A program made the position numbers and the translations under genes. From Methylomonas sp. (lineage in GTDB: Bacteria > Pseudomonadota > Gammaproteobacteria > Methylococcales > Methylomonadaceae): 40,286 bases of DNA. The DNA lies in contig JALXCS010000322.1 of NCBI GenBank assembly GCA_026990815.1, positions 1 to 40,286 of the forward strand, in the 5' to 3' direction. Numbering within the stretch: position 1 is the stretch's first letter; every line of letters begins with the position of its first letter. A model generated the notes under the pieces. That model worked only from the letters and a program-made list of their open reading frames with translations. It was not told the DNA's origin and did not search any database. Shown one piece after another: positions 7,952-18,175 of this stretch.

Positions 7952-9206
7952 GACTAATCTCCCCGTCAGCAGTAATTTTCCAACAAACTATCGCATTATA
8001 ATGAAAATAACCATGTTTCCCGCGTTGCGAGATCAACGTTTCCCGTAAAGGTTGTTGATAACCAGTTTCGTCAATCGCCCGGCTCATAATAATTGCCTCT
8101 TTTCCTTGCCACTGCCAAGGAATACGAAAGCGAGTAAAGCATTTTGACAATACAGGATCCTGTAGTTGGGCTTCAGCCCAGGAATTACCTCCATCGGCAG
8201 AAATTTCTACCCTGCTGATCCTTCCACGACCACTCCAGGCCAAACCGGTTATTTGATATAAACCAGAACCGTTCATTTTATATCCGGGGGAGGGCTTAGT
8301 AATCAAGGATTTGGCATCCATAAAAAAACTAAACTGCCTAGCCTTTCCTGATGGTAACAAATCAGTATATTTTGACGTCTCATTCCGTGTCATACTGGGC
8401 CGGTTCGTGACATGCATTCGCCGTAGCCATTTTACATTCAGCACCCCTTCCCAGCCAGGCACAAGCAACCTCATGGGATAACCATTTTCGGGACGAATCC
8501 GTTCACCATTTTGGTATAGTGCGACAATACAATCATCCAATGCCTTTTCCAAGGGGATACTGACATTCATCGCTGCCGCATCGGCACCTTCTGATACCAG
8601 CCATTTACCAGCTGCTTTAATACCAGTCTCTTCAAGTAAAACTGACAATGGAATTCCAGTCCATTCGCTACAAGAAGCCATTCCGTGAAAATAACCTGCC
8701 CGAGTTTGAATAGGCTTAGATCGCCATCCTGCATTACTATTTCCTCCACATTCGATGAAACAAAACATTGAGCACATTGGATAACGAAGCAAATCGTCAA
8801 CAGAAAATATCAGTGGCTTTTTTACCAAACCATGAATTAAAAGCTGATGACGTTTCGGATCAATCTCAGGAACACCATTATGATGCCGTTCAAAGTGTAA
8901 TCCATTTGGGGTTATGGTACCTTCGAGATCATGTATAGGCGTCCACGAAACACCGTTTCCTGGCGCCATTGAATTCTCCATTTTCCAGCGGATGGTGGCT
9001 TTTTCGTACCAGGAAGGTTCTCCATAGTTGGAAAAAGGCGCCCCCGGCTTCAGCATCCAGCCAGGCAAATTGCCATCAAATGGTTTTACTTTCGCAAAAG
9101 GCTGCGGCGAAACAGCGGCGGCAGTAGAAAAAATCAGGCCACGCTTTAAAAACAATCGCCGGTCAAGTAAACCACCACCAGCAACTGGCTGCAACTGATT
9201 TTCCAT
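7938..9206 (-). CDS. Sulfite dehydrogenase / sulfite-oxidase-family molybdopterin subunit (SorA/SoxC-like), Tat-exported
   Basis: 422 aa. Twin-arginine motif DRRLFLKRG. Mo-ligand Cys context FIECGGNS. Followed by a C-terminal dimerisation-type domain and a coupled cytochrome c gene. Confidence 0.8.
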   Translation of the reverse strand: MENQLQPVAGGGLLDRRLFLKRGLIFSTAAAVSPQPFAKVKPFDGNLPGWMLKPGAPFSNYGEPSWYEKATIRWKMENSMAPGNGVSWTPIHDLEGTITPNGLHFERHHNGVPEIDPKRHQLLIHGLVKKPLIFSVDDLLRYPMCSMFCFIECGGNSNAGWRSKPIQTRAGYFHGMASCSEWTGIPLSVLLEETGIKAAGKWLVSEGADAAAMNVSIPLEKALDDCIVALYQNGERIRPENGYPMRLLVPGWEGVLNVKWLRRMHVTNRPSMTRNETSKYTDLLPSGKARQFSFFMDAKSLITKPSPGYKMNGSGLYQITGLAWSGRGRISRVEISADGGNSWAEAQLQDPVLSKCFTRFRIPWQWQGKEAIIMSRAIDETGYQQPLRETLISQRGKHGYFHYNAIVCWKITADGEISHVYA

Positions 9207-9212
9207 TTTTTT

Positions 9213-9230
9213 CTCCTGTATTTTCAGGAG
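9213..9230 (-). promoter_or_regulatory. Hairpin that pairs the sorA Shine-Dalgarno sequence
   Basis: The minus strand reads CTCCTG-AAAATA-CAGGAG-AAAAAA-ATG. The only AGGAG in front of the 9206 start is the 3' arm of a perfect 6-bp stem. Confidence 0.3.
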
Positions 9231-9275
9231 ATTGATTGTACTAGGTTTCTTGCTTTTTCCGAAATAATCTAAGAG

Positions 9276-10376
9276 TTACGCAGTCTTTGTCGTCCCTTCA
9301 ACAGCTAGCGCCTCTAAAATTTCCAGTACTCTCATGCTATTGAGTTCCATTTTTGCCAGAGCCTCAAGTACCTTCTTTTTATCATTATTTTGCAATGCAT
9401 CCAGCGCAGCAACACCATTTTCATGAACACCTTGATGAGGAAGTTCAAGCTTTGAAAAAGACCCTAAGCTTGAAAAGAGCCGTTTCCCATCCCCGTTGTA
9501 ATACCATTTACCCAAGCGACATTGATGATGGCTGGAAAAATCAGCGGCTGTTTTTTGAGACACTCCCATTATAACTTTGTAAATTTCCATTTTATAAATC
9601 AAGTGGTCAAGTTTTACCACTTCCACAAAACTTCTCAAGGCACTTCCTGTAATGACTTGTCGCGCCATGCCCGATAAATGAATCAGCTCATTCATTTTTG
9701 AATTTGCCTGATTACCAATATCGCCAAAACCAACTGAATCCTGAGCAACACGCGCCATTTGCTGTTTAACATTAATGGTCTCATTATGAATCGTAGAAAC
9801 CAAACCTTCGATATCCCCGGTTGCATCATTGGTTCTTTTTGCCAAAGTCCTAACCTCATCTGCAACCACAGCAAACCCTCGACCTTTATCTCCTGCTCTT
9901 GCAGCCTCTATAGCCGCATTAAGTGCCAAAAGATTAGTCTGATCAGAAATGTTCTTTATCAAATTAATGATGCCCTCGATATCTTCCGCGCTTTTATCCA
10001 AATCATCCACTGTTTGAGCAGTTTCGTGCACATCATCTGCCATTTCGAGCAAAGATTCAGATAGCATCTGGACAGCCTTGTGCATATCATTTAACACAAG
10101 CTGATTCTCAGCTATGTTGCCGCTTTCTGTTGTTATGACTTCTGCTAAACTAGACAGTGAATTCTGCATAACTGTCATGGATGACCCAAATTCCTGAAAC
10201 AATTGAAAAATACCATGATTAAAAGCTTCTGTGTCCTGATAACTTTGCAATTGTTGTTTCAGATCATTCACTTCGTTCTGTAAGGAGTCCAGCTTCTGAT
10301 TTAATGTCAGTTGCTCCTTTTTGTTTTTTTCGATTTGCTTCTCAGCCTCGATAAGTTTTTGCTTATTGAATAACAT
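9276..10376 (-). CDS. Soluble methyl-accepting chemotaxis-type transducer with C-terminal CZB (chemoreceptor zinc-binding) domain
   Basis: 366 aa with no TM segment. Coiled-coil N-terminus. MCP signalling hairpin tip [37 protein letters not shown]. The full CZB motif is present: H-x2-Y-x24-C-x-LG-x-W-x22-H-x3-H (DHLIY...HHQCRLGKW...PHQGVH). Confidence 0.8.
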   Translation of the reverse strand: MLFNKQKLIEAEKQIEKNKKEQLTLNQKLDSLQNEVNDLKQQLQSYQDTEAFNHGIFQLFQEFGSSMTVMQNSLSSLAEVITTESGNIAENQLVLNDMHKAVQMLSESLLEMADDVHETAQTVDDLDKSAEDIEGIINLIKNISDQTNLLALNAAIEAARAGDKGRGFAVVADEVRTLAKRTNDATGDIEGLVSTIHNETINVKQQMARVAQDSVGFGDIGNQANSKMNELIHLSGMARQVITGSALRSFVEVVKLDHLIYKMEIYKVIMGVSQKTAADFSSHHQCRLGKWYYNGDGKRLFSSLGSFSKLELPHQGVHENGVAALDALQNNDKKKVLEALAKMELNSMRVLEILEALAVEGTTKTA

Positions 10377-10600
10377 TTATTTCCCAAATATCCTTGTCGT
10401 TTTGATAAATTGTCATCGAATTAACCGATCAAAAAAATATGAAAAACAGAATTCTTGGCGTTTTTATTGTTATTCTGTTTTCCTGTCCTTTAACAAGATG
10501 AAAAAACCTGAATGATCAATTTTATTAAAGGACACCGTATACAAGGATAGTCAAAATGCTCAAAATTAGTATAACCTTAAACTAATATGATGAAAAACTT

Positions 10601-11473
10601 ATGAAATTTCTGGCTTCCTATGTCATGCAGGGTTCAATTCAGGCTATCAGTATCGCAGCTCTGTTTGGATTTTTATCAATACAAATTCTGCCTGCCGCTA
10701 TACTCTGTGCCGGCATTATTGCCTTATTCACCCTCCGGAAAGGCCATAAAAAAGCATTCCTGGTTTTTTTTGCAACAATTACTCTCAGCTATCTGGCTGG
10801 TCAATTCATCCCCAGCAGACCTGGCCTCGATTTCCCTCTCGTCATTTTGTTACTTATTCCTGTCTGGATCAGCGCTTTGATACTCAGGGCCACAGAATCT
10901 CAAGGCTTGGCCATTAGCACAGCAGTTTTTTTTGCCGCAGTTTTTGCAATTTTCATCGAATTGTATTCAGGTAATGCCATTCAATGGTGGAGTGATTGGT
11001 TAAAAGTAGCGGTAACAGGAATAAAAAATGTCAATTACCAGGGATTTATCGATACCGGCAATCTAAAAATTATGAACGGCCTAATGGCCTCAATCTTGGG
11101 CTTATGTATTGCTAGCAGTCTGCTGCTGGCCCGCTGGCTACAGGCAGTGCTATATAATCCCGGGGGTTTTGCTGCTGAATTTAGTAACTTAATCGTTCCA
11201 AAACAATTTCTTTATTTTATTGGACTAATTTTGCTTATCTGTTTTCTAATTAACAAAAATCTGTTCAATGATTTATTATTGATTTTTTCAATTGTCTATT
11301 TTTTCCAGGGACTTGCCATCTTACACTTTTATGTTGAAAAAAATAAATTTAGCAAATCAATGCTTTTTCCTGTTTATTTATTGATTTTCTTGCTACCTCA
11401 ATACGCAATTATTGGACTGGCAGGCGCTGGTGTGATGGATACCTTTCTAAATTTCAGAAAACAACTCAAATGA
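10601..11473 (+). CDS. Polytopic inner-membrane protein of unknown function
   Basis: 290 aa, roughly 7-8 hydrophobic segments, no motif I recognise. Its stop overlaps the rhomboid start (ATGA at 11470-11473). Confidence 0.55.
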   Translation: MKFLASYVMQGSIQAISIAALFGFLSIQILPAAILCAGIIALFTLRKGHKKAFLVFFATITLSYLAGQFIPSRPGLDFPLVILLLIPVWISALILRATESQGLAISTAVFFAAVFAIFIELYSGNAIQWWSDWLKVAVTGIKNVNYQGFIDTGNLKIMNGLMASILGLCIASSLLLARWLQAVLYNPGGFAAEFSNLIVPKQFLYFIGLILLICFLINKNLFNDLLLIFSIVYFFQGLAILHFYVEKNKFSKSMLFPVYLLIFLLPQYAIIGLAGAGVMDTFLNFRKQLK

Positions 11474-12168
11474 TCCCGATTCGCGATACTGCCCCTTGTC
11501 ATACAACTCCCTATGTTACTTGGGGACTAATCACAATCTGCACTGCAATATTCATAGTTTTGCAGTTTTTACCAGAACCTGTCCAACGCGAAATCATTTA
11601 TAAATATGGCATGGTGCCAATCCGTTATTCAAACCCACAATGGGCAAGTGATTTTGGCTTGCCACCCGATGGTTATTTATCTTTTTTTACCAGTCTTTTC
11701 CTGCATGGCAGCTGGATGCACCTACTTCTGAACATGTGGTTTCTGTGGATTTTTGCTGACAATATTGAAGATCGAATGGGTCATTTTCGATTCATCATTT
11801 TTTATTTGATTTGTGGGTTTTTTGCAACTTTTTTACAATGGCATTACAAGCCTGAACTGGTAGTTCCTGTTGTTGGAGCATCCGGAGCGATTGCCGGCAT
11901 TCTCGGCGCCTATTTTTTTCTCTATCCCTTTGCTCGAATTATCATTCTTGTTCCACTGTTTTTCTGGCCGTTCTATTTTAATTTACCCGCAATCGGTTTT
12001 TTAGGCGTTTGGGTGATTATCCAACTGCACAACGCAACAACCCCAATGGTTTTCGACACTATGGCAATTGATGTTGCCTGGTGGGCACATTTGGGCGGTT
12101 TTATAACAGGGAGTATCATTTACCGGTTGTTTCTGCTCGACCAATCTGCCGCAGAAAACCGCGAATAA
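11470..12168 (+). CDS. Rhomboid-family intramembrane serine protease
   Basis: 232 aa. HGSWMHLLLNMW (H-x4-H-x3-N), catalytic GASGAIAG (GxSG) and AHLGGFITG (catalytic His) are all present. Confidence 0.85.
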   Translation: MIPIRDTAPCHTTPYVTWGLITICTAIFIVLQFLPEPVQREIIYKYGMVPIRYSNPQWASDFGLPPDGYLSFFTSLFLHGSWMHLLLNMWFLWIFADNIEDRMGHFRFIIFYLICGFFATFLQWHYKPELVVPVVGASGAIAGILGAYFFLYPFARIIILVPLFFWPFYFNLPAIGFLGVWVIIQLHNATTPMVFDTMAIDVAWWAHLGGFITGSIIYRLFLLDQSAAENRE

Positions 12169-12272
12169 TTCCCATTAAATACTTAAATTTTGTGTATAAT
12201 TCAGTGTTTAAGATTTGAACGATCAACCTGACTTATCTATATCAGGTTGCCCTCCAGGTTACAGGAAAATAA

Positions 12273-12623
12273 ATGAATAAAGTGAATATCAATGTTGCGT
12301 TAGTCAGACTTTTGCAATTTGTCGTTTTTGTCGTTTTTACATTTATGGTAATGACATATTTTGGCGCCCTATTGCTAATCCCTCTGGATCTCCTTTATAT
12401 TCTAATCAAAATATTGTCTGCGATTGGTTTTAACGGCATTCTCGCTGCTTTTATTGCCGTCCCTGCTGTTGGCTATCTGGGATTTGTCGTCTATCAAACT
12501 CCAGAACTTGTCAAATTACTCATTGATACTGGTGTTGACTTGGTAAAAACAGGAAAACAGCGCATTGAAGCCTTCAACACGATTGCCGAGGAAATGAAAG
12601 GTAAAACTACTGCTAAAGCCTGA
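12273..12623 (+). CDS. Small membrane protein, unknown function
   Basis: 116 aa. Two to three hydrophobic helices followed by a charged amphipathic tail. A strong terminator follows. No family recognised. Confidence 0.45.
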   Translation: MNKVNINVALVRLLQFVVFVVFTFMVMTYFGALLLIPLDLLYILIKILSAIGFNGILAAFIAVPAVGYLGFVVYQTPELVKLLIDTGVDLVKTGKQRIEAFNTIAEEMKGKTTAKA

Positions 12624-12646
12624 AAGTACAAAGACTAAATTATTAT

Positions 12647-12672
12647 AAAAAGGGCATGAATATGCCCTTTTT
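12647..12672. terminator. Bidirectional rho-independent terminator
   Basis: AAAAAGGGCAT-gaat-ATGCCCTTTTT, a perfect GC-containing stem flanked by A and T runs. It serves the + gene ending at 12623 and uvrA, whose stop is at 12671-12673. Confidence 0.75.
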
Positions 12673-15487
12673 ATTTGAAATATCTTTGCAAATAAAAGCC
12701 TGTATATGAATCCTGAATACTAGCAACCTGCTTCGGCGTTCCTTCAGCAACTATCATTCCGCCGCCATCCCCCCCTTCTGGTCCCATATCAATTATCCAG
12801 TCAGCTGTTTTAATAACATCCAGATTGTGCTCAATAATAACGACGGTATTACCATGATCACGCAACGTATGTAAAACACTCAGTAATTGTTTAATATCAT
12901 GAAAATGCAGGCCAGTTGTAGGCTCATCCAATATATAAAGTGTTTTACCGGTATCCCGTTTGGACAACTCCTTGGCTAACTTGACGCGTTGTGCTTCTCC
13001 ACCGGAAAGAGTAATTGCATTCTGTCCCAAGGTGATATAGCTCAATCCAACATTAACCAGAGTATTCAACTTTTTTGCGAGAACAGGTATAGCACTGAAA
13101 AACTCAGCAGCATCTTCAACAGTCATATTAAGCACTTCGTTAATGGTTTTTCCCTTATAACGAATTTCCAATGTTTCCCTATTGTAGCGCTTACCATTAC
13201 AAACATCACAATGGACAAAAATATCAGGTAAAAAGTGCATTTCTACCTTGATTACCCCATCCCCCCTACAGGCTTCACAACGACCACCTTTCACATTAAA
13301 ACTGAATCGACCCGGAGTATATCCTCTTGATCTGGATTCCGGCGTAGCAGCAAAAAGCTCCCGAATTGGAGTAAATAATCCTGTATAAGTAGCGGGATTC
13401 GAACGTGGAGTTCGGCCAATAGGACTTTGATCAATATCAACCACCTTATCAAAATAATCCAGCCCATCAATTCCTTCACATGGCGCGGGTACCGCGCTGG
13501 ACCGGTTAATCAAACGTGCGGCATGTCGATACAAAGTATCGTTAACGAGAGTCGATTTTCCTGAGCCCGACACACCTGTAACACAAGTCAACAAACCAAC
13601 AGGAAAACAAACATCAATATTTTTTAGATTATTTCCACAAGCCTTTCGAATTTTGAAACTACTTTTTCGATCATAAGCTGTTAATTTTTCAGGAATGATT
13701 ATTTGTTGCTGACCCGATAAATATTGCCCAGTCAGTGATTGCTTATTGGCCTTAATCTCACTTGCTGTTCCCTGAGCAACTATCTCGCCTCCATGAATAC
13801 CAGCGCCCGGACCAATATCAACAATATGCTGGGCTGCGAGAATAGCATCTTCATCATGTTCAACAACAATAACTGTATTCCCCAAATCCCGAAGCTTAAA
13901 TAGAGTGTTTAATAAACGCTGATTATCTCGTTGGTGCAACCCGATCGACGGCTCATCCAATACATACATGACACCGACCAAACCCGCCCCGATTTGGCTT
14001 GCTAACCGAATACGCTGCGCCTCTCCCCCGGAAAGTGAATCAGCGCTACGATCCAGAGTTAAATAATCCAGGCCGACATTGACCAAAAACTCAAGTCTCT
14101 CCTTGATTTCTTTAACAATTTTATCCGCAACCTCACCGCGTTTCCCTGGTAGATTCAAGTGCTCAAAAAATTCTAGTGATTTCCGAATCGGCATGGCTGT
14201 AATCTGATGCAGTGGAAAATTCTCTACAAAAACATTCCTTGCCGCTTTATTTAACCTTGAGCCACCACAGCTTTCACAAATTTTTTTTGATAAATACTTG
14301 GCCAGTTCATCTCTGACCATTTGCGAGTCAGTTTCACGATAACGCCTCTCCATATTTGCAATAATGCCTTCAAAGCTGTGACGTTTTTTCTTAATTTTTC
14401 CAGTACTGGTCAGAAACTTGAAATCAATGGCCTTTCTTCCACTACCATAAAGAATAATGCGCTGAACTTCTTCATCCAATTCCGAAAAAGGCAACTCCGG
14501 GTCAAAACCATAATGTTCAGCTAGAGAACAAATAATTTGAAAATAATAGGCATTTCGTCGATCCCAACCCCGAATTGCACCGCCAGCAAGACTGATTTCG
14601 GGATTATGGATAACAAGCTCAGGATCAAAGTGCTGTTTAACACCCAAACCATCACAACTTGGGCAAGCGCCTTTGGGATTATTAAAAGAAAAAATCCGCG
14701 GCTCAAGCTCGGTCAAGCTATAACCACATTGCGGACATGCATAACGCTCAGAAAACAGCAAATCCGTCTCATCATCCAAAGATGTCGCAATGGCAATGCC
14801 ATCAGCAATACGTAAAGCAGTTTCAAATGATTCCGCTAATCTAAGACTAATATCATCGCGAATTTTAAAACGATCCACAATAACTTCGATGGTATGTTTT
14901 TTTCTTAAATCAAGCGTGGGCGGCTCGTCCAGATCATAGACCTCACCATCAATACGAGCCCGAATAAAGCCCTGGCTTCTAAGATCATCCAGTAATTGTA
15001 AATGCTCTCCTTTCTTTTCAACAACAACAGGAGCCAATAACATCCAACGCTGACCGGGTTGCTGGGCTAAAACCAGATCAACCATTTGACTGACTGTTTG
15101 CGCTTCAAGTGAAGTATGGTGTTCGGGACAGCGCGGCGTTCCGGCACGGGCATACAATAACCTTAAATAATCATAAATTTCAGTGATTGTTCCAACTGTT
15201 GAGCGTGGATTATGAGAAGTTGATTTTTGTTCAATGGAAATAGCCGGGGAAAGCCCTTCAATATGATCAACATCGGGCTTTTCCATCATCGATAAAAATT
15301 GCCTGGCATAAGCAGATAATGACTCTACATAACGCCGTTGACCTTCCGCATAAATCGTATCAAATGCTAAAGAGGATTTCCCTGAACCTGATAATCCAGT
15401 AATAACAATCAACGCATCACGAGGCAAATCCAGATCAATATTTTTCAGATTATGGGTTCTTGCACCACGAATACTAATGGTATCCAT
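12671..15487 (-). CDS. uvrA: Excinuclease ABC subunit A
   Basis: 938 aa. Begins [24 protein letters not shown]. Two ABC ATPase modules ([20 protein letters not shown]; LSGGEAQR twice) and zinc-finger Cys pairs. Confidence 0.97.
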   Translation of the reverse strand: MDTISIRGARTHNLKNIDLDLPRDALIVITGLSGSGKSSLAFDTIYAEGQRRYVESLSAYARQFLSMMEKPDVDHIEGLSPAISIEQKSTSHNPRSTVGTITEIYDYLRLLYARAGTPRCPEHHTSLEAQTVSQMVDLVLAQQPGQRWMLLAPVVVEKKGEHLQLLDDLRSQGFIRARIDGEVYDLDEPPTLDLRKKHTIEVIVDRFKIRDDISLRLAESFETALRIADGIAIATSLDDETDLLFSERYACPQCGYSLTELEPRIFSFNNPKGACPSCDGLGVKQHFDPELVIHNPEISLAGGAIRGWDRRNAYYFQIICSLAEHYGFDPELPFSELDEEVQRIILYGSGRKAIDFKFLTSTGKIKKKRHSFEGIIANMERRYRETDSQMVRDELAKYLSKKICESCGGSRLNKAARNVFVENFPLHQITAMPIRKSLEFFEHLNLPGKRGEVADKIVKEIKERLEFLVNVGLDYLTLDRSADSLSGGEAQRIRLASQIGAGLVGVMYVLDEPSIGLHQRDNQRLLNTLFKLRDLGNTVIVVEHDEDAILAAQHIVDIGPGAGIHGGEIVAQGTASEIKANKQSLTGQYLSGQQQIIIPEKLTAYDRKSSFKIRKACGNNLKNIDVCFPVGLLTCVTGVSGSGKSTLVNDTLYRHAARLINRSSAVPAPCEGIDGLDYFDKVVDIDQSPIGRTPRSNPATYTGLFTPIRELFAATPESRSRGYTPGRFSFNVKGGRCEACRGDGVIKVEMHFLPDIFVHCDVCNGKRYNRETLEIRYKGKTINEVLNMTVEDAAEFFSAIPVLAKKLNTLVNVGLSYITLGQNAITLSGGEAQRVKLAKELSKRDTGKTLYILDEPTTGLHFHDIKQLLSVLHTLRDHGNTVVIIEHNLDVIKTADWIIDMGPEGGDGGGMIVAEGTPKQVASIQDSYTGFYLQRYFK

Positions 15488-15562
15488 TAAAAATTATCCA
15501 ATCGTTTAAACAACCGGATAATATACTTCTAAAAGTACATAGATGGCTAATAAAGTTTTACA

Positions 15563-16165
15563 TTAATCTGTGTTGATCTTTTCATTTTTGTTTTTTACAA
15601 ACAAGAAAACTCCAATCGCTATTGCAACAATCGCAAACAGAACGACATTACCTTTCTTGACATAATCAATGACTGTATTTCCATAATGGTAATACAAGGA
15701 AAAAAACACCGTTGTCGATATGGTACAGGCCAACAAATCAGCAAGTGCAAATTTTTTAAAATCCATTTTTCCAAGTCCTGCAGACAAAAAAAGTCCATTA
15801 CGCACTCCAAATGGAATAAATCGACCAAATAACAAAGTCACAATCCCATAACGCTCATAAAATTTATGAATTTTATCAATTCGCTCTGGAGGCACCATGT
15901 TGGCAAAAAATTTGATTTCAAACAGTTTAGGGCCAAGCTTTCTGCCTAATGTATAACAAATCAAATCTGATAAATAGGCCCCCATATAGACGCCTATAAA
16001 TAGACGGGACAAATAGTCCGGGTAATGACTAGCCAATACGCCTGAAATGAACAACATACCATCTTCAGAAACAGGAATATTTAGACCTGCTAACAGTAAT
16101 GCGCCAAATATAATCCAGTGTGCATACTGAATATTTGCCTGAATAAATTGCAAAAGCTCTTCCAC
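15563..16165 (-). CDS. DedA-family inner-membrane protein
   Basis: 200 aa. The pattern IPVSEDGMLFISG ... GRFIPFGVRNG..L.AG is typical of the DedA/SNARE-associated family. GTG start preceded by AAGGG. Confidence 0.75.
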   Translation of the reverse strand: MEELLQFIQANIQYAHWIIFGALLLAGLNIPVSEDGMLFISGVLASHYPDYLSRLFIGVYMGAYLSDLICYTLGRKLGPKLFEIKFFANMVPPERIDKIHKFYERYGIVTLLFGRFIPFGVRNGLFLSAGLGKMDFKKFALADLLACTISTTVFFSLYYHYGNTVIDYVKKGNVVLFAIVAIAIGVFLFVKNKNEKINTD

Positions 16166-16328
16166 AACTAAACCCTTTTTCTAAGATGAATTAATTTGGT
16201 TTAAGTATACCCGAAGTGCTTTTTTTTAGCTCTTGGTTTGTTTATTGGAAACTACGTTAAGGAAGGGTAATTAAAAATAAATTTGAGCAATAAAAATGCT
16301 ATTTTGAAATGAATATTCAATGCGATGA

Positions 16329-16363
16329 TCTAACAGCCGCTTAAAACTGAAACGGCTGTTAGA
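16329..16363 (-). terminator. Stem-loop downstream of rpoS (terminator-like, no clear U tract)
   Basis: TCTAACAGCCG (16329-16339) pairs perfectly with CGGCTGTTAGA (16353-16363). It begins 12 nt after the rpoS stop. No run of T follows on the minus strand, so intrinsic termination is uncertain. Confidence 0.4.
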
Positions 16364-16374
16364 CTAAATAAAGC

Positions 16375-17343
16375 CTAATGGAAAATTGATTCAAATGAAA
16401 ACCCGTTAAATTCGATAATTTCCTTCAACCTTTTTAAGGCATCCATTTGAATTTGTCTAATTCTCTCACGGGTCACACCCAGCTCTGTTGCTACCTGCTC
16501 CAATGTAGAATGTTCATATCCACATAATCCATATCGCCTACAAATGACCTCACGTTGCTTATCCGATAACTGATATAACCAATCAGTGATATTATTTTTC
16601 ATGCCTTCCTCCTGAAGTTTCTCAACAGGCGTGCTGTCCGCTTCATCAGAAATTGATTCTAGCAAAGGCTTATCGAAATCTTTTCCTCCTGGAATATCAA
16701 CTGAAGTTACACGCTCATTGAGTTTAAGCATTTTCTCGACTGTCTTGAGCGGCTTATTCAGATATTGTGCTATATCTTCAGCAGTTGGGTCATGATCCAT
16801 TGTCTGGGCCAGATGCTTCTGTGCTTTCAGATAGACATTCATTTCTTTAACAATATGAATCGGTAACCGAATGGTACGGGTTTGATTCATAATTGCCCTT
16901 TCAATGGTTTGTCTGATCCACCATGTGGCATAAGTAGAAAACCTGAAACCACGCTCGGGATCAAATTTTTCCACCGCACGTATCAACCCTAAATTACCTT
17001 CCTCAATCAAATCAAGTAAAGGAAGGCCACGATTTAAATAGCGTCGAGAAATTTTTACTACTAATCTCAAATTGCTTTCAATCATGATTCTTCTTGCTTC
17101 ATCATCGCCTTTAAGCGCACGAGAACCATAAGTTTTTTCCTGATCGGCAGTTAGCAGCTTTGATTTTCCCAATTCATTCAGATAAATCCGGGTTGCATCA
17201 AAATGATTCTCGCCTTGCGTTTCACTAGTTTGTTCCGGCTTGATTTTTTCCTCAATCAATTCTACCGGATCAGCATCAATAACGATTTCATCAGATAAAA
17301 GAGCAACATCTTCCCCAACTGTTTCAATTACATCCACTTTCAT
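16375..17343 (-). CDS. rpoS: RNA polymerase sigma factor RpoS (sigma-38)
   Basis: Sigma70-family regions 1.2 to 4 are present ([48 protein letters not shown]). Size is about 320 aa and it lies directly downstream of nlpD. The ATG at 17343 (MKVDVIE...) is preceded by GAGGTG. The ORF-track start at 17382 has no RBS. Confidence 0.9.
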   Translation of the reverse strand: MKVDVIETVGEDVALLSDEIVIDADPVELIEEKIKPEQTSETQGENHFDATRIYLNELGKSKLLTADQEKTYGSRALKGDDEARRIMIESNLRLVVKISRRYLNRGLPLLDLIEEGNLGLIRAVEKFDPERGFRFSTYATWWIRQTIERAIMNQTRTIRLPIHIVKEMNVYLKAQKHLAQTMDHDPTAEDIAQYLNKPLKTVEKMLKLNERVTSVDIPGGKDFDKPLLESISDEADSTPVEKLQEEGMKNNITDWLYQLSDKQREVICRRYGLCGYEHSTLEQVATELGVTRERIRQIQMDALKRLKEIIEFNGFSFESIFH

Positions 17344-17395
17344 TACACACCTCAAAAAAACAAGCCGGTTTAAAGCCGACAAAAATTCATCTAAG

Positions 17396-18175
17396 CTAAG
17401 GTAAATAATTGAGCGGATTTACAGATTTTCCATTCTTACGAATTTCAAAGTGTAAAGTCGCTTGCTTACCTTTCCCTAGTCCCATTTCAGCAATGACTTG
17501 GCCTTTTTTGATATCCTGCCCTTCTTTGACCAAAAGGCGGTGATTATTAGCATAAGCACTTAAGTACAAATAATTATGCTTAATAATTAATAGATTACCG
17601 TAGCCAACCAATCCATTCCCGCTATATACCACTTCCCCAGCCTCGGCTGCCTTGATTGGCTGTCCAATTTTTCCACCAATATCAATTCCTTTATTACCAG
17701 TTTGAGAAAAGGTTTTGACTAGCTTTCCTCGTATCGGCCATTGCCAGTGAAACTTTAACACCTTTTTTTTAGCCTTTGATACTGTTAGTTTTTTTTGTGA
17801 CGTATTTCTCGGTTTTTTTATCTGTTTATGTGACGCAGGTCTCCTTTTTAAGGGTTTTTTAAGTTTTATTGACGATTTTTTCTGACTGCTTTTTTCTCCG
17901 AACAGCTTGATTTTTTGTCCAACAAATATGTTATGGGGTTTAGAAATATTATTCCATTTGGCTAATTGCAAATAGCTATAACCAAATTTAAAACCTATGG
18001 AAAATAACGTGTCACCTTTTTTCACGATGTAATATTTAGCCTTGGCTCGTCCCGCAGGAACGGGATACTTTGTTCTTTTAACCGGTGCATAATTTGGTTT
18101 ATAGGTACAGCTAGTGCTAACCAATAAAGTCAGCATTGATATAAAAATTAGACAAAATACTTTGTTGGCCATCAA
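17396..18175 (-). CDS. nlpD: LysM/M23-family lipoprotein NlpD (degenerate LytM domain, probable amidase activator)
   Basis: 259 aa. Signal sequence plus Cys lipobox region (LVSTSC). LysM ([13 protein letters not shown]...VGQKIKL). Lys-rich linker. M23 fold with KGIDIGG and TLHFEIR, which lack the HxxxD and HxH metal ligands. Upstream of rpoS. Confidence 0.85.
   Translation of the reverse strand: MMANKVFCLIFISMLTLLVSTSCTYKPNYAPVKRTKYPVPAGRAKAKYYIVKKGDTLFSIGFKFGYSYLQLAKWNNISKPHNIFVGQKIKLFGEKSSQKKSSIKLKKPLKRRPASHKQIKKPRNTSQKKLTVSKAKKKVLKFHWQWPIRGKLVKTFSQTGNKGIDIGGKIGQPIKAAEAGEVVYSGNGLVGYGNLLIIKHNYLYLSAYANNHRLLVKEGQDIKKGQVIAEMGLGKGKQATLHFEIRKNGKSVNPLNYLP

Noticed and set aside
12222-12249. Stem-loop CAACCTGA-N12-TCAGGTTG, preceded by a perfect TATAAT (12196-12201), between the rhomboid gene and the small membrane-protein gene.
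   Set aside because: No U tract follows, so it is not a clear terminator. The -35 match is poor. It may simply be a 5'-UTR structure, and no function can be supported.
13392-13405. GCGGGATTCGAACG, resembling a tRNA T-arm (GGTTCGAAT-like).
   Set aside because: It lies inside the well-supported uvrA reading frame. No acceptor, D or anticodon stems can be drawn around it.
15488-15562. Looked for a LexA/SOS box (CTGT-N8-ACAG) and a divergent ssb gene upstream of uvrA.
   Set aside because: Neither is present. The 75-bp spacer holds only the inverted repeat TTATCC-N16-GGATAA, and the upstream neighbour is dedA on the same strand. Absence of a motif in a short spacer is weak evidence, so I do not report it as a finding.
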